Assembly: GCF_015056685.1 (NCBI RefSeq)
Contig: NZ_SVFW01000006.1
Coordinates: forward strand, 44,522 to 108,521
Reading direction: 5' to 3'
DNA length: 64,000 bases
Source of the DNA: Butyrivibrio sp.
GTDB taxonomy: Bacteria > Bacillota > Clostridia > Lachnospirales > Lachnospiraceae
Below, piece by piece: positions 45,891-56,450 of this stretch. The notes beneath the pieces were generated by a model, which was given only the letters and a program-made list of their open reading frames with translations, searched no databases and had not been told where the DNA came from. Position 1 is the first letter of the stretch; each line of letters starts with the position of its first letter. A program made the position numbers and the translations under genes.

Positions 45891-48800
45891 ATGAAAAAGA
45901 CATTTTGGACAGATGCACTAAGGAATATCCAAAAAAGAATAGTCTCATGGTTGTCAATAGTCGCAATAGTGCTTATCGGTACCAGCGTCATATTGGGGCT
46001 TAGGTTTACTTTTACGTCTCTTTCTTCTGTGGGAGAGAGGTATATTACCGAGCATAACTATAAAGACCTGAATATAGCCTGCAGCATGGGTGTCACTGAA
46101 AAAGAAGTGGAAGATATACGTTCTATTGAGGGAGTGGCGGATGCTGAAGGAGTAGTTGCTTTTACGGGCCAACTTGGATTTTCAGGGAAAAACATTGGTG
46201 CGCTGATCATCTCAGTAACTGAGAGAATCAGTGTGCCTTATGCTGTAGAAGGCGATTTACCCAAAGAAAACGGTCAGTGCGCCATAAATCCCGAACTTGC
46301 GGATAAGCTGGGCGTAAGCATCGGAGATACCATAACTATCGTGGTTTCTGCAGCCCGCATTGACAATGTACTTACGGAAAAGAAGTTTACTGTTACAGGA
46401 ATAGCCGGACATCCCGACTATATGGAGAGAGGAAGAATAGATTTCTGCATTCTTCCGATAGACTCCTTTGACACATCACTTAGCGCTTTTGATTATACAG
46501 CAGTTTATGTCGAGGCTGATACGCCAAAGGGCGCCATATTTTCGGACAGGAAATATAATGATGCCGTAAAAGAAGTATATGACAGAGTCATGGCAAGAAT
46601 TGACGATATGACGATTGAAAGGAAAAAGACTCTTTCCGATGACCTTGATAGTGAGTATAAAAAAGCTGAGGACAAGGCAAATACAGAGCTTTCAAAAGCA
46701 AAGAAGCAGATTGACGATGCGCAGAAGGAGTTTGATGAGAAAATAGGAGAAGCGGAAAAAAAGATAGAGGATGGAAAAAAGGAGTATGAAGAGGGCGAGG
46801 CAAAAGCTGAAAGGGAGCTTAGCGCAGCCGCCAAGCAGATAAAGGATGGTGAGGAAGAATACAACACTAAGATAGCCGATGGGCAAAGGCAGCTTGAAGA
46901 AGCTGAAAAGAAAATGGAGGATGAGCTGTCTTACAATAAATGGAGGTTGTTTGACGGATTCCTGCAGCTTGATGAGGCTGAGAAAAAGCTCAAAGAAAAG
47001 GAAGAGGAGTATAACGCGGGTAGAGATAAGCTCATCAGAGGAAAAGAAGAACTGGACAAAGGCTGGGAGGAGTATAACAGCGGTATCAGCAGGATTGATG
47101 AGGTCCTCGATAGTGAGACAATAGATATTATAATAGAAGGCTGTGAGGGGTATTATGAAGATCCTGAGATAACCGATGAAGATAAAGAGCAGATCAGGGA
47201 TATTATTATTCCGGAGCTTATGGATTCAAAGAGTAAAGATGCTCTGGCCAAAGGCTATGCTGTCATGGATGTATATGATTTTGCTATGGCTGAGGTTGAT
47301 CCAAAGGTCTTGGAGGTATTTGATGAGATAACTGGTATAAGCGATTTCAGGGCTGGTCTTGATAAACTTTCGGAAGGTAAGAAAAAACTGGATGATGGCC
47401 AGAGGGAGTATGAAAATGGCTTGAAAGAGCTTGAAGAGGCGAGAAAGCTTCTTGATCAGGGGTGGTACTCTTTGGAACAGGGAAGAAGAGAGCTGGCTGA
47501 TGGTCAGGCGGAGCTTGCTAAAAGAGAGCCTGAGGCAAGAAAACAGCTTGCTGATGCCAAGGCAGATTTCGAAGTTCAAAAAGCTGATGGTGCAAAACAG
47601 CTTGAAGATGCCAAAAACACTTATGCCATAAAGAAAAAAGAAGCTGAGGACCAGCTTGCAGCGGCGAAAGAAGAACTGGATGAAGGTATAAGACAGTTTA
47701 ACGAACAAAAAGAGAAGGGTGAAAAAGAACTTGCCGAGGCAAGGGAAAAATATGATAAAGCCTACAATGAGGCAATGGATACTCTTGCAAGTGTAAAAAA
47801 GCAGATAGATGAGGCCAAAAACAGGGATTGCCAGTGGTTTGTCCAGACCAGAGATGCCAATGTTTATTTTGTGGAATTTAAGTCTTACTGTGGTGTGTTA
47901 AAAAATGTAGGCAGGGTATTCACGCCTATATATGCCGGAATTGTTATTATTGTATGTTTTTTTACCATGGCTATAATCGTGGAGGAGCAGTCCAAGCAGA
48001 TCGGAACCTGTAAGGCACTTGGAATGTACAAGACAGAGATAAGAAAAAAGTATCTTCTGTTTGGCGTTACAGCAGCGGTTCTTGGCGCTTTAGCAGGAAT
48101 CGGCGGAGGACTTGCTTTTGAAAAAATGATCTGCAATTCATTGAACGCTTCCTTTGTGTTTAATGTAGAGCATGTATTCAGGATTATGCCTATTATCATA
48201 ATGCCGGTGGGTGCAGCTATTGTCACAGCTTTTGCGGTGGTGTGGTCGTCGGAAAAAATATTATCCTGCTCCGCTGTAGGACTTGTAAGCGGCAATGAGC
48301 CGGCAAAGAGAGGACGCAGTAAGGCTTGGAAAAACAGTAGAGGAAGCGTTTACTTCAGGCTGATCATGAATAATTTCATGATGGATATCGGTCGAGAGAC
48401 TGTTTCAATCGTCATAATCCTTGTGTGTGTATTTGTTATAGGACTTGGAAGCAGCATAAAATTCGGTCACTACAGTGCTCTTAAGAATCAGGTTGAGAAC
48501 ATAAACAGATATGATCTTACAGTTACACTTTCTGATAATGTCACCGATGAAGAAAGGGCGAAGATTGAAGAAAAAATTCAGAATTTCGACTACATGGAAG
48601 TTTGTAAGATAGGAGGAGTTCTTCAGACCGGAAAAGGACAGACTCTTTCAGAAATATATGTGATCTATGATACAGAAAGATTTAAAGAATTCTATAAGCT
48701 TGAAAATGGGAAAGGAAAGGAAATTGAAGTCTTTGATGATGGTCTTATGGTCACGTTGGAAATGTTGGAAAAGAATGGCCTGAAGGACAAAGAGAATGTG

Positions 48801-49457
48801 ACACTGATAACAGATTCTCTTGATATAGCGAAACTTACCATAAAGGGCCACTACCTTCTTCATGTGGGAAAAGGTGGTGTAATGACAGCGAAATACTATA
48901 AAACTGCCTTTGGTAAAGATCCTGCATTAAATACTTACATGATAAAGGTCAAAGATCAGGATCCGAAAAGCGTAGCTGATATGTTGTCAGAATATGAAGG
49001 AATCTCGGCAATACATCTTTCTGATGAGGTGCTTGACCAGAAGGCGTCAATGTCAAGGCTTTATACTATTGTGGTATTTGTTGTGATCGGTTTCTCGATC
49101 ATTCTGTCGTTTATGATTCTTTTGAATCTGAGCAATATTCTGGTAGCCCACAGAATGAAAGAGTTACTTACCATGAAAGTAAATGGCTTTTCAAATGCGG
49201 AGGTCATAGGATATCTTGTAAGAGAAGTGCTTGTGACAACAGGACTTGGAATAATATTGGGATTATTGGTGGGAATTCCAGCCACATATTTTATCATTCA
49301 GGGAGTTGAATCCGAGGGATTCATGTTCCTTAGAAAGACCTATGTGGCTGCATGGGCGCTGGCAGTTTCCTGTGAAGTAATATTTGCACTGTTAATCTAT
49401 TCTATATCTTTCAGCAAAATAAAGAAGATTCCGTTAACAGATATAACAAAGTACTAA
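45891..49457 (+). CDS. Giant (1188 aa) FtsX/MacB-type ABC permease with a ~400-aa coiled-coil extracytoplasmic insertion
   Basis: N-terminal TM helix, a long heptad-rich E/K region (about aa 240-640), and two FtsX-type 3-4 TM bundles separated by a second extracytoplasmic domain. Confidence 0.75.
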   Translation: MKKTFWTDALRNIQKRIVSWLSIVAIVLIGTSVILGLRFTFTSLSSVGERYITEHNYKDLNIACSMGVTEKEVEDIRSIEGVADAEGVVAFTGQLGFSGKNIGALIISVTERISVPYAVEGDLPKENGQCAINPELADKLGVSIGDTITIVVSAARIDNVLTEKKFTVTGIAGHPDYMERGRIDFCILPIDSFDTSLSAFDYTAVYVEADTPKGAIFSDRKYNDAVKEVYDRVMARIDDMTIERKKTLSDDLDSEYKKAEDKANTELSKAKKQIDDAQKEFDEKIGEAEKKIEDGKKEYEEGEAKAERELSAAAKQIKDGEEEYNTKIADGQRQLEEAEKKMEDELSYNKWRLFDGFLQLDEAEKKLKEKEEEYNAGRDKLIRGKEELDKGWEEYNSGISRIDEVLDSETIDIIIEGCEGYYEDPEITDEDKEQIRDIIIPELMDSKSKDALAKGYAVMDVYDFAMAEVDPKVLEVFDEITGISDFRAGLDKLSEGKKKLDDGQREYENGLKELEEARKLLDQGWYSLEQGRRELADGQAELAKREPEARKQLADAKADFEVQKADGAKQLEDAKNTYAIKKKEAEDQLAAAKEELDEGIRQFNEQKEKGEKELAEAREKYDKAYNEAMDTLASVKKQIDEAKNRDCQWFVQTRDANVYFVEFKSYCGVLKNVGRVFTPIYAGIVIIVCFFTMAIIVEEQSKQIGTCKALGMYKTEIRKKYLLFGVTAAVLGALAGIGGGLAFEKMICNSLNASFVFNVEHVFRIMPIIIMPVGAAIVTAFAVVWSSEKILSCSAVGLVSGNEPAKRGRSKAWKNSRGSVYFRLIMNNFMMDIGRETVSIVIILVCVFVIGLGSSIKFGHYSALKNQVENINRYDLTVTLSDNVTDEERAKIEEKIQNFDYMEVCKIGGVLQTGKGQTLSEIYVIYDTERFKEFYKLENGKGKEIEVFDDGLMVTLEMLEKNGLKDKENVTLITDSLDIAKLTIKGHYLLHVGKGGVMTAKYYKTAFGKDPALNTYMIKVKDQDPKSVADMLSEYEGISAIHLSDEVLDQKASMSRLYTIVVFVVIGFSIILSFMILLNLSNILVAHRMKELLTMKVNGFSNAEVIGYLVREVLVTTGLGIILGLLVGIPATYFIIQGVESEGFMFLRKTYVAAWALAVSCEVIFALLIYSISFSKIKKIPLTDITKY

Positions 49458-49471
49458 AGAATCGAGGCTTC

Positions 49472-50626
49472 ATGAGTAAAGCAGATGATTTCACCTTTTA
49501 TGACAGATTCTACAAAATAGTAAGAGCTACGATTGCAAGGATCATCGCGCGAAGGTTTAATTTTTCAGGCGAAACTCTGCCCCAAGGTCTGGGACCGAGA
49601 TTTATTCTGTGCAATCACAATACTGATGTCGATTTTCTTTTTCTGGTTTCTGTATCCGAGGAACCTATGGATTTTGTCGCTACCGAGGCCATGATGAGAA
49701 TAGGCCCTCTGGCAAGATGGGCGGCCAAGACCTTTAAACCTATCCTTCATGATAAGGGGAGTAAGGGAGTTTCCACATTAAAGAGTATTACAGAAAGAAT
49801 AAGGGCCGGAAGAAGTGTCATGCTTTTTCCTGAAGGAAACAGGTCTTTTGATGGAAAAACACGTGATATTTCCGATGCCATTGGCAAGATTGCCAGGATG
49901 ACGGGTGCAACTCTGGTAGTATACAGGCTGACAGGAGGGTATCTTACAACTCCAAGGTGGGGCCGGGGCATAAGAAAAGGAAAAATCAGGGGACAAATTG
50001 CAAGGATACTGTCTTCTGATGAGCTAAAGAACATGACTGCTTCCGATGTTCTTAAAGTTATCAGAGAAGGAATATATACTGATGCCTACAAAGAGCAGGA
50101 AACGGAAAGAGTAAGATTTGAGTATTCAGACAGAGCTATGTATCTGGAGACACTTTTGTTCTGCTGTCCCTGCTGTAAGAAAATAGGGACTATGCATTCA
50201 CGGAAAGATAAGCTTGTTTGCAGCTGCGGCTATAAACTTACTTTGGATGAGTATGGATATTTAAGTGATGAGAAAAATGAGCCATTTTCTATTACAGATG
50301 CCTGCAACCGGCAAAAAAAGCTGCTGGAAGAGCTTTTAGAAGATAAAGAAAAAGAGATATTATGGCAGGATGAGGTTACGGTTTCAAAAGTGACATATGA
50401 CCACAAAATCCTTGCCAGTAAAAAAAGCACTCTTTTAGCCTGTCATGATCATCTCATGATAGGAGAAGAGTGCCTTGAAAAAACTGCAATAAGCAGTGTG
50501 GATATAGTTCAGAGAAACAGACTCAGTATCCATGAAAAAAACAGATCTGAGCACTATGAGATAACCGGGCCGGATACATTTAATGCGGTCAAGTATCTGC
50601 TTTGGTACCAAAAATCCTACTCCTGA
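49472..50626 (+). CDS. PlsC-family acyltransferase with a C-terminal Cys-rich (zinc-ribbon-like) extension
   Basis: HX4D motif CNHNTDVD, FPEGNRS, and a C-terminal CCPCCKK...CSCGYKL. Confidence 0.7.
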   Translation: MSKADDFTFYDRFYKIVRATIARIIARRFNFSGETLPQGLGPRFILCNHNTDVDFLFLVSVSEEPMDFVATEAMMRIGPLARWAAKTFKPILHDKGSKGVSTLKSITERIRAGRSVMLFPEGNRSFDGKTRDISDAIGKIARMTGATLVVYRLTGGYLTTPRWGRGIRKGKIRGQIARILSSDELKNMTASDVLKVIREGIYTDAYKEQETERVRFEYSDRAMYLETLLFCCPCCKKIGTMHSRKDKLVCSCGYKLTLDEYGYLSDEKNEPFSITDACNRQKKLLEELLEDKEKEILWQDEVTVSKVTYDHKILASKKSTLLACHDHLMIGEECLEKTAISSVDIVQRNRLSIHEKNRSEHYEITGPDTFNAVKYLLWYQKSYS

Positions 50627-51974
50627 AAAGAATTATGTTGAATATAACAAATAATCCGGTGAATATGGCAAGACACATATATGGTTTAACCGGGGCTACG
50701 GTGGCAAGGAGCATTATCGGGAAACCAAAAACAATAGCCGGGAAGTTCTGATAAACCATGTTGTCTGCAGCCGGAGTCTGAAAATCGTGATCAACTTCTC
50801 TGAGTAATATAGTGCCTGTTCCGGCAGTTCCCGTGAGCATTCCAAACATCATAAGGAACTGCTCTTTTTTGTATTCAGGAAAGAGTTTATCAGCTACAAG
50901 ACGGTTATATACGAAGGTTACAATAAGACCTGCAATTCCTAAAATGAGCAGAACAAGCCAGCTGTCTATGAGTACATTGATCCTGATTGCGGCGATTCCT
51001 GAGACAACCATGAGATCAAAAAAGAAATTGCTGATTCTTGTCATAAGGAAATCGTTTATATATTCCCTGTGTATCACGTGCTTTTGGGTTAGCTTTCTCA
51101 TTATGGTTTTCATAAGTGAGGCGATGATGACACCAAGAAGGAAGTTAAATCCGAAGATAACGGAGCGCATTCCGGGTATAAGCATGCTCAAATATTTCAT
51201 AACTACGAAGGTTAAAAGATAAGCCGTTGTTGTAAATGAGAGCTGAATTGTGATCTTATCCATGCTTTCCTGCATGGGAATTTCGTTACTGCCCTGAATG
51301 TCAGAGGTTGAGAGATATTCTGCCTTTTGGATAGGTTGTTCAATCTGTCCTTTTTTCTTAAGGACGTTCAGATAGATAACGCCTCCGATACTGGCACTTA
51401 AAAATCCCATGGCTGCAATGGAAAGACCAAAACTTTTGCCTCCGGTAAAACCAAAATCGGTTTCATAAATATTGCCGTAATTAAGAGCCTGTCCGGTTCC
51501 CTGACCATAACCAAATGGGAGAAGAACACCGGCAGCCTTAAAGAAATTTGGTATGAGCATCCCGGCTGCGATAGAAATAGCAAGACCTACAACACCCTGA
51601 AGAAGATAGGTGGATACAGTAGTAATGCCGGTATTAAAAATTTCTGTAAGACGTTTTTTGGAAGTGGCAGCTTTTTGTGATTTAAAGGTTGTGGCGATAA
51701 AACCAAGAGCAAGAGAGTGATAGGTTATTATTTCGAGATTTGACGAGCCATTGGTTCCAAAAAAGTAAGTCTCCAGAATTTCCTGCCCAAATATGATCTT
51801 ATACAAAAATGATATTAAAAGAAGTATAAGTCCGCCAAGAACCGATGCAGGAATAAGAGAATTGTGGAGTGGCTTGATCAGACGCTTCAAGGTGTTGGCT
51901 GTTATAACAGCTAAAAGCAGAACCGAAACAAGAAGTAAGCCGCCCCATACATTGTAGTCAGCAAAATTATTCAT
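50589..51974 (-). CDS. Sodium/glutamate symporter (GltS/ESS family)-like membrane transporter
   Basis: About 12 TM helices, with an N-terminal pattern (LKRLIKPLHNSLIPASVLGGLILL) resembling GltS. The convergent 38-nt overlap with the acyltransferase gene makes the 3' end slightly uncertain. Confidence 0.55.
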   Translation of the reverse strand: MNNFADYNVWGGLLLVSVLLLAVITANTLKRLIKPLHNSLIPASVLGGLILLLISFLYKIIFGQEILETYFFGTNGSSNLEIITYHSLALGFIATTFKSQKAATSKKRLTEIFNTGITTVSTYLLQGVVGLAISIAAGMLIPNFFKAAGVLLPFGYGQGTGQALNYGNIYETDFGFTGGKSFGLSIAAMGFLSASIGGVIYLNVLKKKGQIEQPIQKAEYLSTSDIQGSNEIPMQESMDKITIQLSFTTTAYLLTFVVMKYLSMLIPGMRSVIFGFNFLLGVIIASLMKTIMRKLTQKHVIHREYINDFLMTRISNFFFDLMVVSGIAAIRINVLIDSWLVLLILGIAGLIVTFVYNRLVADKLFPEYKKEQFLMMFGMLTGTAGTGTILLREVDHDFQTPAADNMVYQNFPAIVFGFPIMLLATVAPVKPYMCLAIFTGLFVIFNIILFRSRIFGTKADT

Positions 51975-51998
51975 TTTTCCCCCTCTTTTTAATTGTTA

Positions 51999-52874
51999 TT
52001 ATACTGTAGTTTTGGCAAGTGATGTTTCGTTTAACGGTATGAAAACAGGGTGTTCCTTTGGAGTTTCATTTGGCTGGTGAAGAACCATCATAAGTTTTCC
52101 GTCAAAGGTTTTAAAGAGCATGCCGTGGCCGCCATCTTTATCAAAGAGAGGTTTCTCATCTATGGTCCAGTTACCATCGATGTTTCCGTTATCGGAGCGG
52201 GCAATGGCTTCTGCGTAGCCACCTTCTGAGATGCTTGCCCAGAGCATGATGAGTTCTCCGTTTTCAAGGCGGTGCATGAAGGGACCATCTGTAACATAGC
52301 AGATCTCATTGCGAAGTCTGTGCTGCATTCCCTTTACCCATGGCTTTGCCTGGGAAGCTTTGAATAAGGTTACAGGCTCTGATACGGGGCGAGTCAGATC
52401 ATCAGAGAGTTCAACAGAGCAAATCTCCCCATCTGCGAGGTCTACCCACTCATGGCTGAATACCATATATGGCTTTCCTTCAGGGGATAGATAGAAGGTT
52501 CCATCAAGGCTGTTCCATTCATCAGGAGTTATTTTGCCGTCACTGTGAACTTTAAATGGTCCAAGAGGGCTTTCAGATGACAGGATCATGGTGCCTTTTT
52601 TATCGAGAGCTTCAGAATTAAATGTCGCAAACATGTAAAAAGTGTTATTGTAAATATGTACTTCAGGAGCCCAGTAGTTTTTGTCAGCCCAGAAATTTTC
52701 AGGCTTGTGGAATACTTCAAAAGGACCGTCCCAGTTTACCAGGTCCTTACTGGTATAGCAGTCAAAGCCATCGGCGAGTCCCCAACAGGTCTTGGCTCTT
52801 GTTCCGTACATGTAATATGTGTCTTTATAAGGTAATACAAAGGGATCACGGATGTTGATTTCTTCAAGTGTCAT
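51999..52874 (-). CDS. Glycoside hydrolase family 43 (beta-xylosidase/alpha-L-arabinofuranosidase type)
   Basis: IRDPFVLPYKDTYYMYGT, YWAPEV and a five-bladed propeller pattern. Confidence 0.85.
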   Translation of the reverse strand: MTLEEINIRDPFVLPYKDTYYMYGTRAKTCWGLADGFDCYTSKDLVNWDGPFEVFHKPENFWADKNYWAPEVHIYNNTFYMFATFNSEALDKKGTMILSSESPLGPFKVHSDGKITPDEWNSLDGTFYLSPEGKPYMVFSHEWVDLADGEICSVELSDDLTRPVSEPVTLFKASQAKPWVKGMQHRLRNEICYVTDGPFMHRLENGELIMLWASISEGGYAEAIARSDNGNIDGNWTIDEKPLFDKDGGHGMLFKTFDGKLMMVLHQPNETPKEHPVFIPLNETSLAKTTV

Positions 52875-52968
52875 AGTAAAAACCTCGTTTTTGTTTTTAA
52901 TTTTATCACATGGATTTTTTTATAGAATCACTATTTTTGACATAAAAACAGAAAAAAGTGGAGGAAGG

Positions 52969-53841
52969 ATGTATAAGGAAGTATACAAAGGGGAATATGA
53001 CGGAGTAGCTGTGGGGAGAGTTGTAAGAAATCAGAATTTTACCACCAGCATTTCCTATTATCACAATGAGTATCAGATACAGTATATCTTTGATGGTGAG
53101 AGATATTTCTTTTCCGATGGCACGTGTTATCGCATGGTTCCGGGGACCATAACCATAATTGATAAAACAAAGATCCCAAAGACCAATATTATAGGCGGCA
53201 GCAGCCATGACAGGCTTCTTATTGAGATAAAAGAGAGCTTCATTTCTCCCTTGTGCGCTCTTCTTGGGATTGATATAAAGGAATTTTTTGGAAGCCATCA
53301 CGGAGTTTATCAGGTTTCTGACAACCCCTGCATTCAGGAAACGGTGGCCCGTATAGAGGAGCTTGCGATGGGCAAAAGAGATGAGACAACTTCCGGGAAG
53401 ATAAAGCTTGCTGTCATGGAGATGTTCCTCAGGGCTTCAGAGTGGGAAGATAATAAAATAGGCAAATTTGATGAAATCGGGATTCAGCCTCATATTGAGA
53501 AGCAGAGAAAGGTTCATCAGGTTGCGGATTACATAGCGGAAAACTATGACAGGATTGAGAGTGTATCAGCCCTTGCGAATCAGTTCTATATGAGCAAGGC
53601 TTATCTTTGCAGGATATTCAGAGAGGTTACAAACTTCACCATATCTGAGTACATCAACCTCTATAGGATTGCGGCCAGCAAGCAGTTCCTTATGAAGGAA
53701 GAAATGAGCATGGCTGAGATAGCGAACCGCTTGGGGTATGATAGCCTCACGTATTTTGAGAGAGTTTTTAAAAAGCAGATGACCGTCACTCCGCTGCAGT
53801 ACAGGAAAAGTATCGTCAGCAAGGAAACGCGGTCAAAATAA
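52969..53841 (+). CDS. AraC family transcriptional regulator (cupin sensor plus HTH)
   Basis: Start MYKEVYKGEY is preceded by GGAGGAAGG. C-terminal HTH_18 pattern (SKAYLCRIFREVTNFTISEYINLYRI..LGYDSLTYFERVFKK). Confidence 0.85.
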   Translation: MYKEVYKGEYDGVAVGRVVRNQNFTTSISYYHNEYQIQYIFDGERYFFSDGTCYRMVPGTITIIDKTKIPKTNIIGGSSHDRLLIEIKESFISPLCALLGIDIKEFFGSHHGVYQVSDNPCIQETVARIEELAMGKRDETTSGKIKLAVMEMFLRASEWEDNKIGKFDEIGIQPHIEKQRKVHQVADYIAENYDRIESVSALANQFYMSKAYLCRIFREVTNFTISEYINLYRIAASKQFLMKEEMSMAEIANRLGYDSLTYFERVFKKQMTVTPLQYRKSIVSKETRSK

Positions 53842-53926
53842 TGAGTTTTTGGTGCGGTAAATATAGTTTGAAAAAACGATGAGTTTTCACTTTGTTGTCA
53901 GATATGCCCAAAAATATTGAACACAG

Positions 53927-53975
53927 GCGTCTTTGGTTGTAAGATTTACACAACAAAGACGTCTTTTATTTTTCT
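53927..53975 (+). terminator. Terminator after the AraC-family gene
   Basis: GGCGTCTTTGGTTGT ... ACAACAAAGACGTC followed by TTTTATTTTT. Confidence 0.75.
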
Positions 53976-54039
53976 TTTTACAATTCTAAATGATGAACAG
54001 AATAATAAGAGTATGATGAGAAGGATTTAGGAGGGGAAC

Positions 54040-55440
54040 ATGAAGAAGAAAATTGTTAGTTGTTTACTGGCAGTAGCTATGGTTGCGGGGTCAATTGTTG
54101 GTTGTGGAAGCCAGCCTGAGCAGGCGCCTTCAGATAGTCAGGCTCCTGCAGCTGAGTCAAAGGAAGAAGCTCCTGCAGCTGAGGCAAAAGAGGAAGCGTC
54201 TGCAGAGACACCTTCATCTGACGAGCCTATCACACTCAGAATGGCATGGTGGGGATCACAGGACAGACACGATAAGACAATTGCAGCAATCGAGCTGTAT
54301 GAAAGCCTTAATCCAAACGTAAAGATTGAATACGAATACTATTCATTTGATGACTATTTTACAAAGTTAAAGACACTGGTTGCTTCCGATGAGGTTTGGG
54401 ATGTATTCCAGCTTGGCGGAAACTTCCCAATGTATCTTGATAAGATCTATCCTCTTGATGAGTTCATTTCTTCAGGAGTTGTGGATGTTTCAAAGATCTC
54501 TGAGGCAAACCTTAAGACCACAAGGCAGACAGATGGCACACAGCTTGGTCTTACAAATGGTATAAACACTTATGGTATAGCATATGACCCTGCTATGTTT
54601 GAAGAGGCAGGAGCTGCCCTTCCTACAGATGACTGGACATGGGAAGATTATCAGAAGGCAGCAGATCTCATTACAGAAAAGCTTGGAATCTTTGGTTCAT
54701 CAACATTCCTTACATCAGATTTCATCGCAGGCTGCTCGACATATATTGCTCAGCAGGGAGACCTTGGACAGAACAGCTTCTTTAACCTTGATCTCACAGG
54801 AATGGGATTTGATGATCCACAGATGCTTGCTCCATTTATTCAGATGAGAGCAGACATGATAAAGAAGGGTTCATACCCGGATGCAGGTGCATCAGCAGAA
54901 GTTACTAACATCGAGAATGATTTCCTTGTAACAGGCGAAGCAGCTATGACCTGGGTTGCTGTTAACCAGTTCCCAACAATTTACAACGTATGTGCTGAAC
55001 AGGGAAGAGAGCTTGCACTTGCTCATTTACCAAAGGTAACTGCCAGCGGTAACTCCGGAACTTTGATCCAATCCTCCCAGATGTTGTGTGTTTCACAGGA
55101 TTCAGAGCATAAAGAGGCCGCTGCAGCATTTATAAGCTGGTTTGAAAATGATATAGATTGCAACAATATCCTTCAGGCTGAGAGAGGCATTCCTGCAAAC
55201 GAGGATGTAAGAGCAGCACTTGCTGCATCAGCAACGCCGGCACAGCAGATCATGTACGACTATGTTGATGCAGTCAGCAAGATGCCTACACCAAAGGAGT
55301 ACAACGTTCTTTCTCCGGACGGACAGGATCAGGTACAGGACAATTACCTCAATTACATTCAGCAGGTTGTAAACGGAGAGATCACAGCATCTGAAGCAGC
55401 AGAAAAGACATATGCAGATGCCGAGGCTATTTTCAAGTAA
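54040..55440 (+). CDS. CUT1 sugar ABC transporter substrate-binding lipoprotein
   Basis: Lipobox IVGCGS, an acidic linker, and a family 1 solute-binding fold (RMAWWGSQDRH). Confidence 0.85.
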   Translation: MKKKIVSCLLAVAMVAGSIVGCGSQPEQAPSDSQAPAAESKEEAPAAEAKEEASAETPSSDEPITLRMAWWGSQDRHDKTIAAIELYESLNPNVKIEYEYYSFDDYFTKLKTLVASDEVWDVFQLGGNFPMYLDKIYPLDEFISSGVVDVSKISEANLKTTRQTDGTQLGLTNGINTYGIAYDPAMFEEAGAALPTDDWTWEDYQKAADLITEKLGIFGSSTFLTSDFIAGCSTYIAQQGDLGQNSFFNLDLTGMGFDDPQMLAPFIQMRADMIKKGSYPDAGASAEVTNIENDFLVTGEAAMTWVAVNQFPTIYNVCAEQGRELALAHLPKVTASGNSGTLIQSSQMLCVSQDSEHKEAAAAFISWFENDIDCNNILQAERGIPANEDVRAALAASATPAQQIMYDYVDAVSKMPTPKEYNVLSPDGQDQVQDNYLNYIQQVVNGEITASEAAEKTYADAEAIFK

Positions 55441-55452
55441 TAAATGATTTTA

Positions 55453-55488
55453 AATCCTGCTCGTAAATTAAAGCGAGCAGGATTTTTT
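55453..55488 (+). terminator. Intra-operon hairpin (attenuator) after the binding-protein gene
   Basis: AATCCTGCTCG ... CGAGCAGGATT followed by TTTTA. Confidence 0.6.
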
Positions 55489-55521
55489 ATACCAAAGGAA
55501 ATTATAAAAGGGGAGTCAGAT

Positions 55522-56439
55522 ATGGGAGATACGAAGAAGAAAACAGAAACCCTGAGTAGATTTCTGAACAGCGATGCTGTTGTGGGGCATGTCTTTGCGG
55601 CGCCATTTATCTTTGGGTTTGTATGTTTTTCATTCATTCCGATATGCATGTCGCTGTATTATTCTTTTACCGATTATTCACTGGGAAGCAAGATTGCGGT
55701 ATTTGTAGGACTTAAGAACTTTCTTATGCTTTTTAAGGATGAGGTGTTCATCAAGTCTATAAACAAGACACTTCAATATGTCTTTATCGCTGTTCCTATA
55801 AAGCTTTCTTTTGCCCTCCTGGTGGCATTTGTGCTTACAAGAAAGAGCAAAATGGTGACTTTATACAGGTCTTTGTACTATGTACCATCACTTGTAGGAG
55901 GTTCTGTAGCTGTTGCCCTTGTATGGAAACAGCTATTTGCAAGAAAAGGTCTTTTTAACTCAGTACTCGTAAATATGGGCTTTGAGAAGATCAACTGGTT
56001 TGGAAGCGAGGCCCTTGCCATCTATCCGCTTATTCTCATGGCAGTGTGGCAGTTTGGATCTTCAATGATCATTTTTGCAGCGGGGTTAAAAGAAATACCG
56101 ACAACCTACTACGAGGCAGCAGAAATTGACGGTGCAAACGGATTTCAGAGGTTCTTTAAGATAACACTTCCATGCCTGTCACCAATTATTCTTTACAATC
56201 TGATAATGCAGACAATATCTGCGTTTATGACATTTACTCAGGCATTTGTCATTACAGGCGGTGGCCCTAACAACGCCACAATGCTCTATGCCCTTAATGT
56301 TTACAATCAGGCATTTAAGTACAACAACATGGGCTATGCCTGCGCTATGAGCTGGGTAATGCTGATAGTAATGAGCCTTATCACACTTATCATATTCAGA
56401 ACTTCCAAATTCTGGGTATTTAGTGAGTCAGAAGGTTAA
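55522..56439 (+). CDS. Sugar ABC transporter permease (MalF/UgpA-like)
   Basis: Start MGDTKKK is preceded by GGGGAG. EAA loop YEAAEIDGANGFQRFFKITLP. Confidence 0.9.
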   Translation: MGDTKKKTETLSRFLNSDAVVGHVFAAPFIFGFVCFSFIPICMSLYYSFTDYSLGSKIAVFVGLKNFLMLFKDEVFIKSINKTLQYVFIAVPIKLSFALLVAFVLTRKSKMVTLYRSLYYVPSLVGGSVAVALVWKQLFARKGLFNSVLVNMGFEKINWFGSEALAIYPLILMAVWQFGSSMIIFAAGLKEIPTTYYEAAEIDGANGFQRFFKITLPCLSPIILYNLIMQTISAFMTFTQAFVITGGGPNNATMLYALNVYNQAFKYNNMGYACAMSWVMLIVMSLITLIIFRTSKFWVFSESEG

Positions 56440-56450
56440 AGGGGGCAGTC

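Noticed and set aside
53843-53900. Direct repeat ATGAGTTTTT / ATGAGTTTTC spaced 38 bp downstream of the AraC-family gene, considered as a possible AraC operator.
   Set aside because: It lies upstream of the AraC gene terminator rather than in the promoter of the following ABC operon. The repeat is short and AT-rich.
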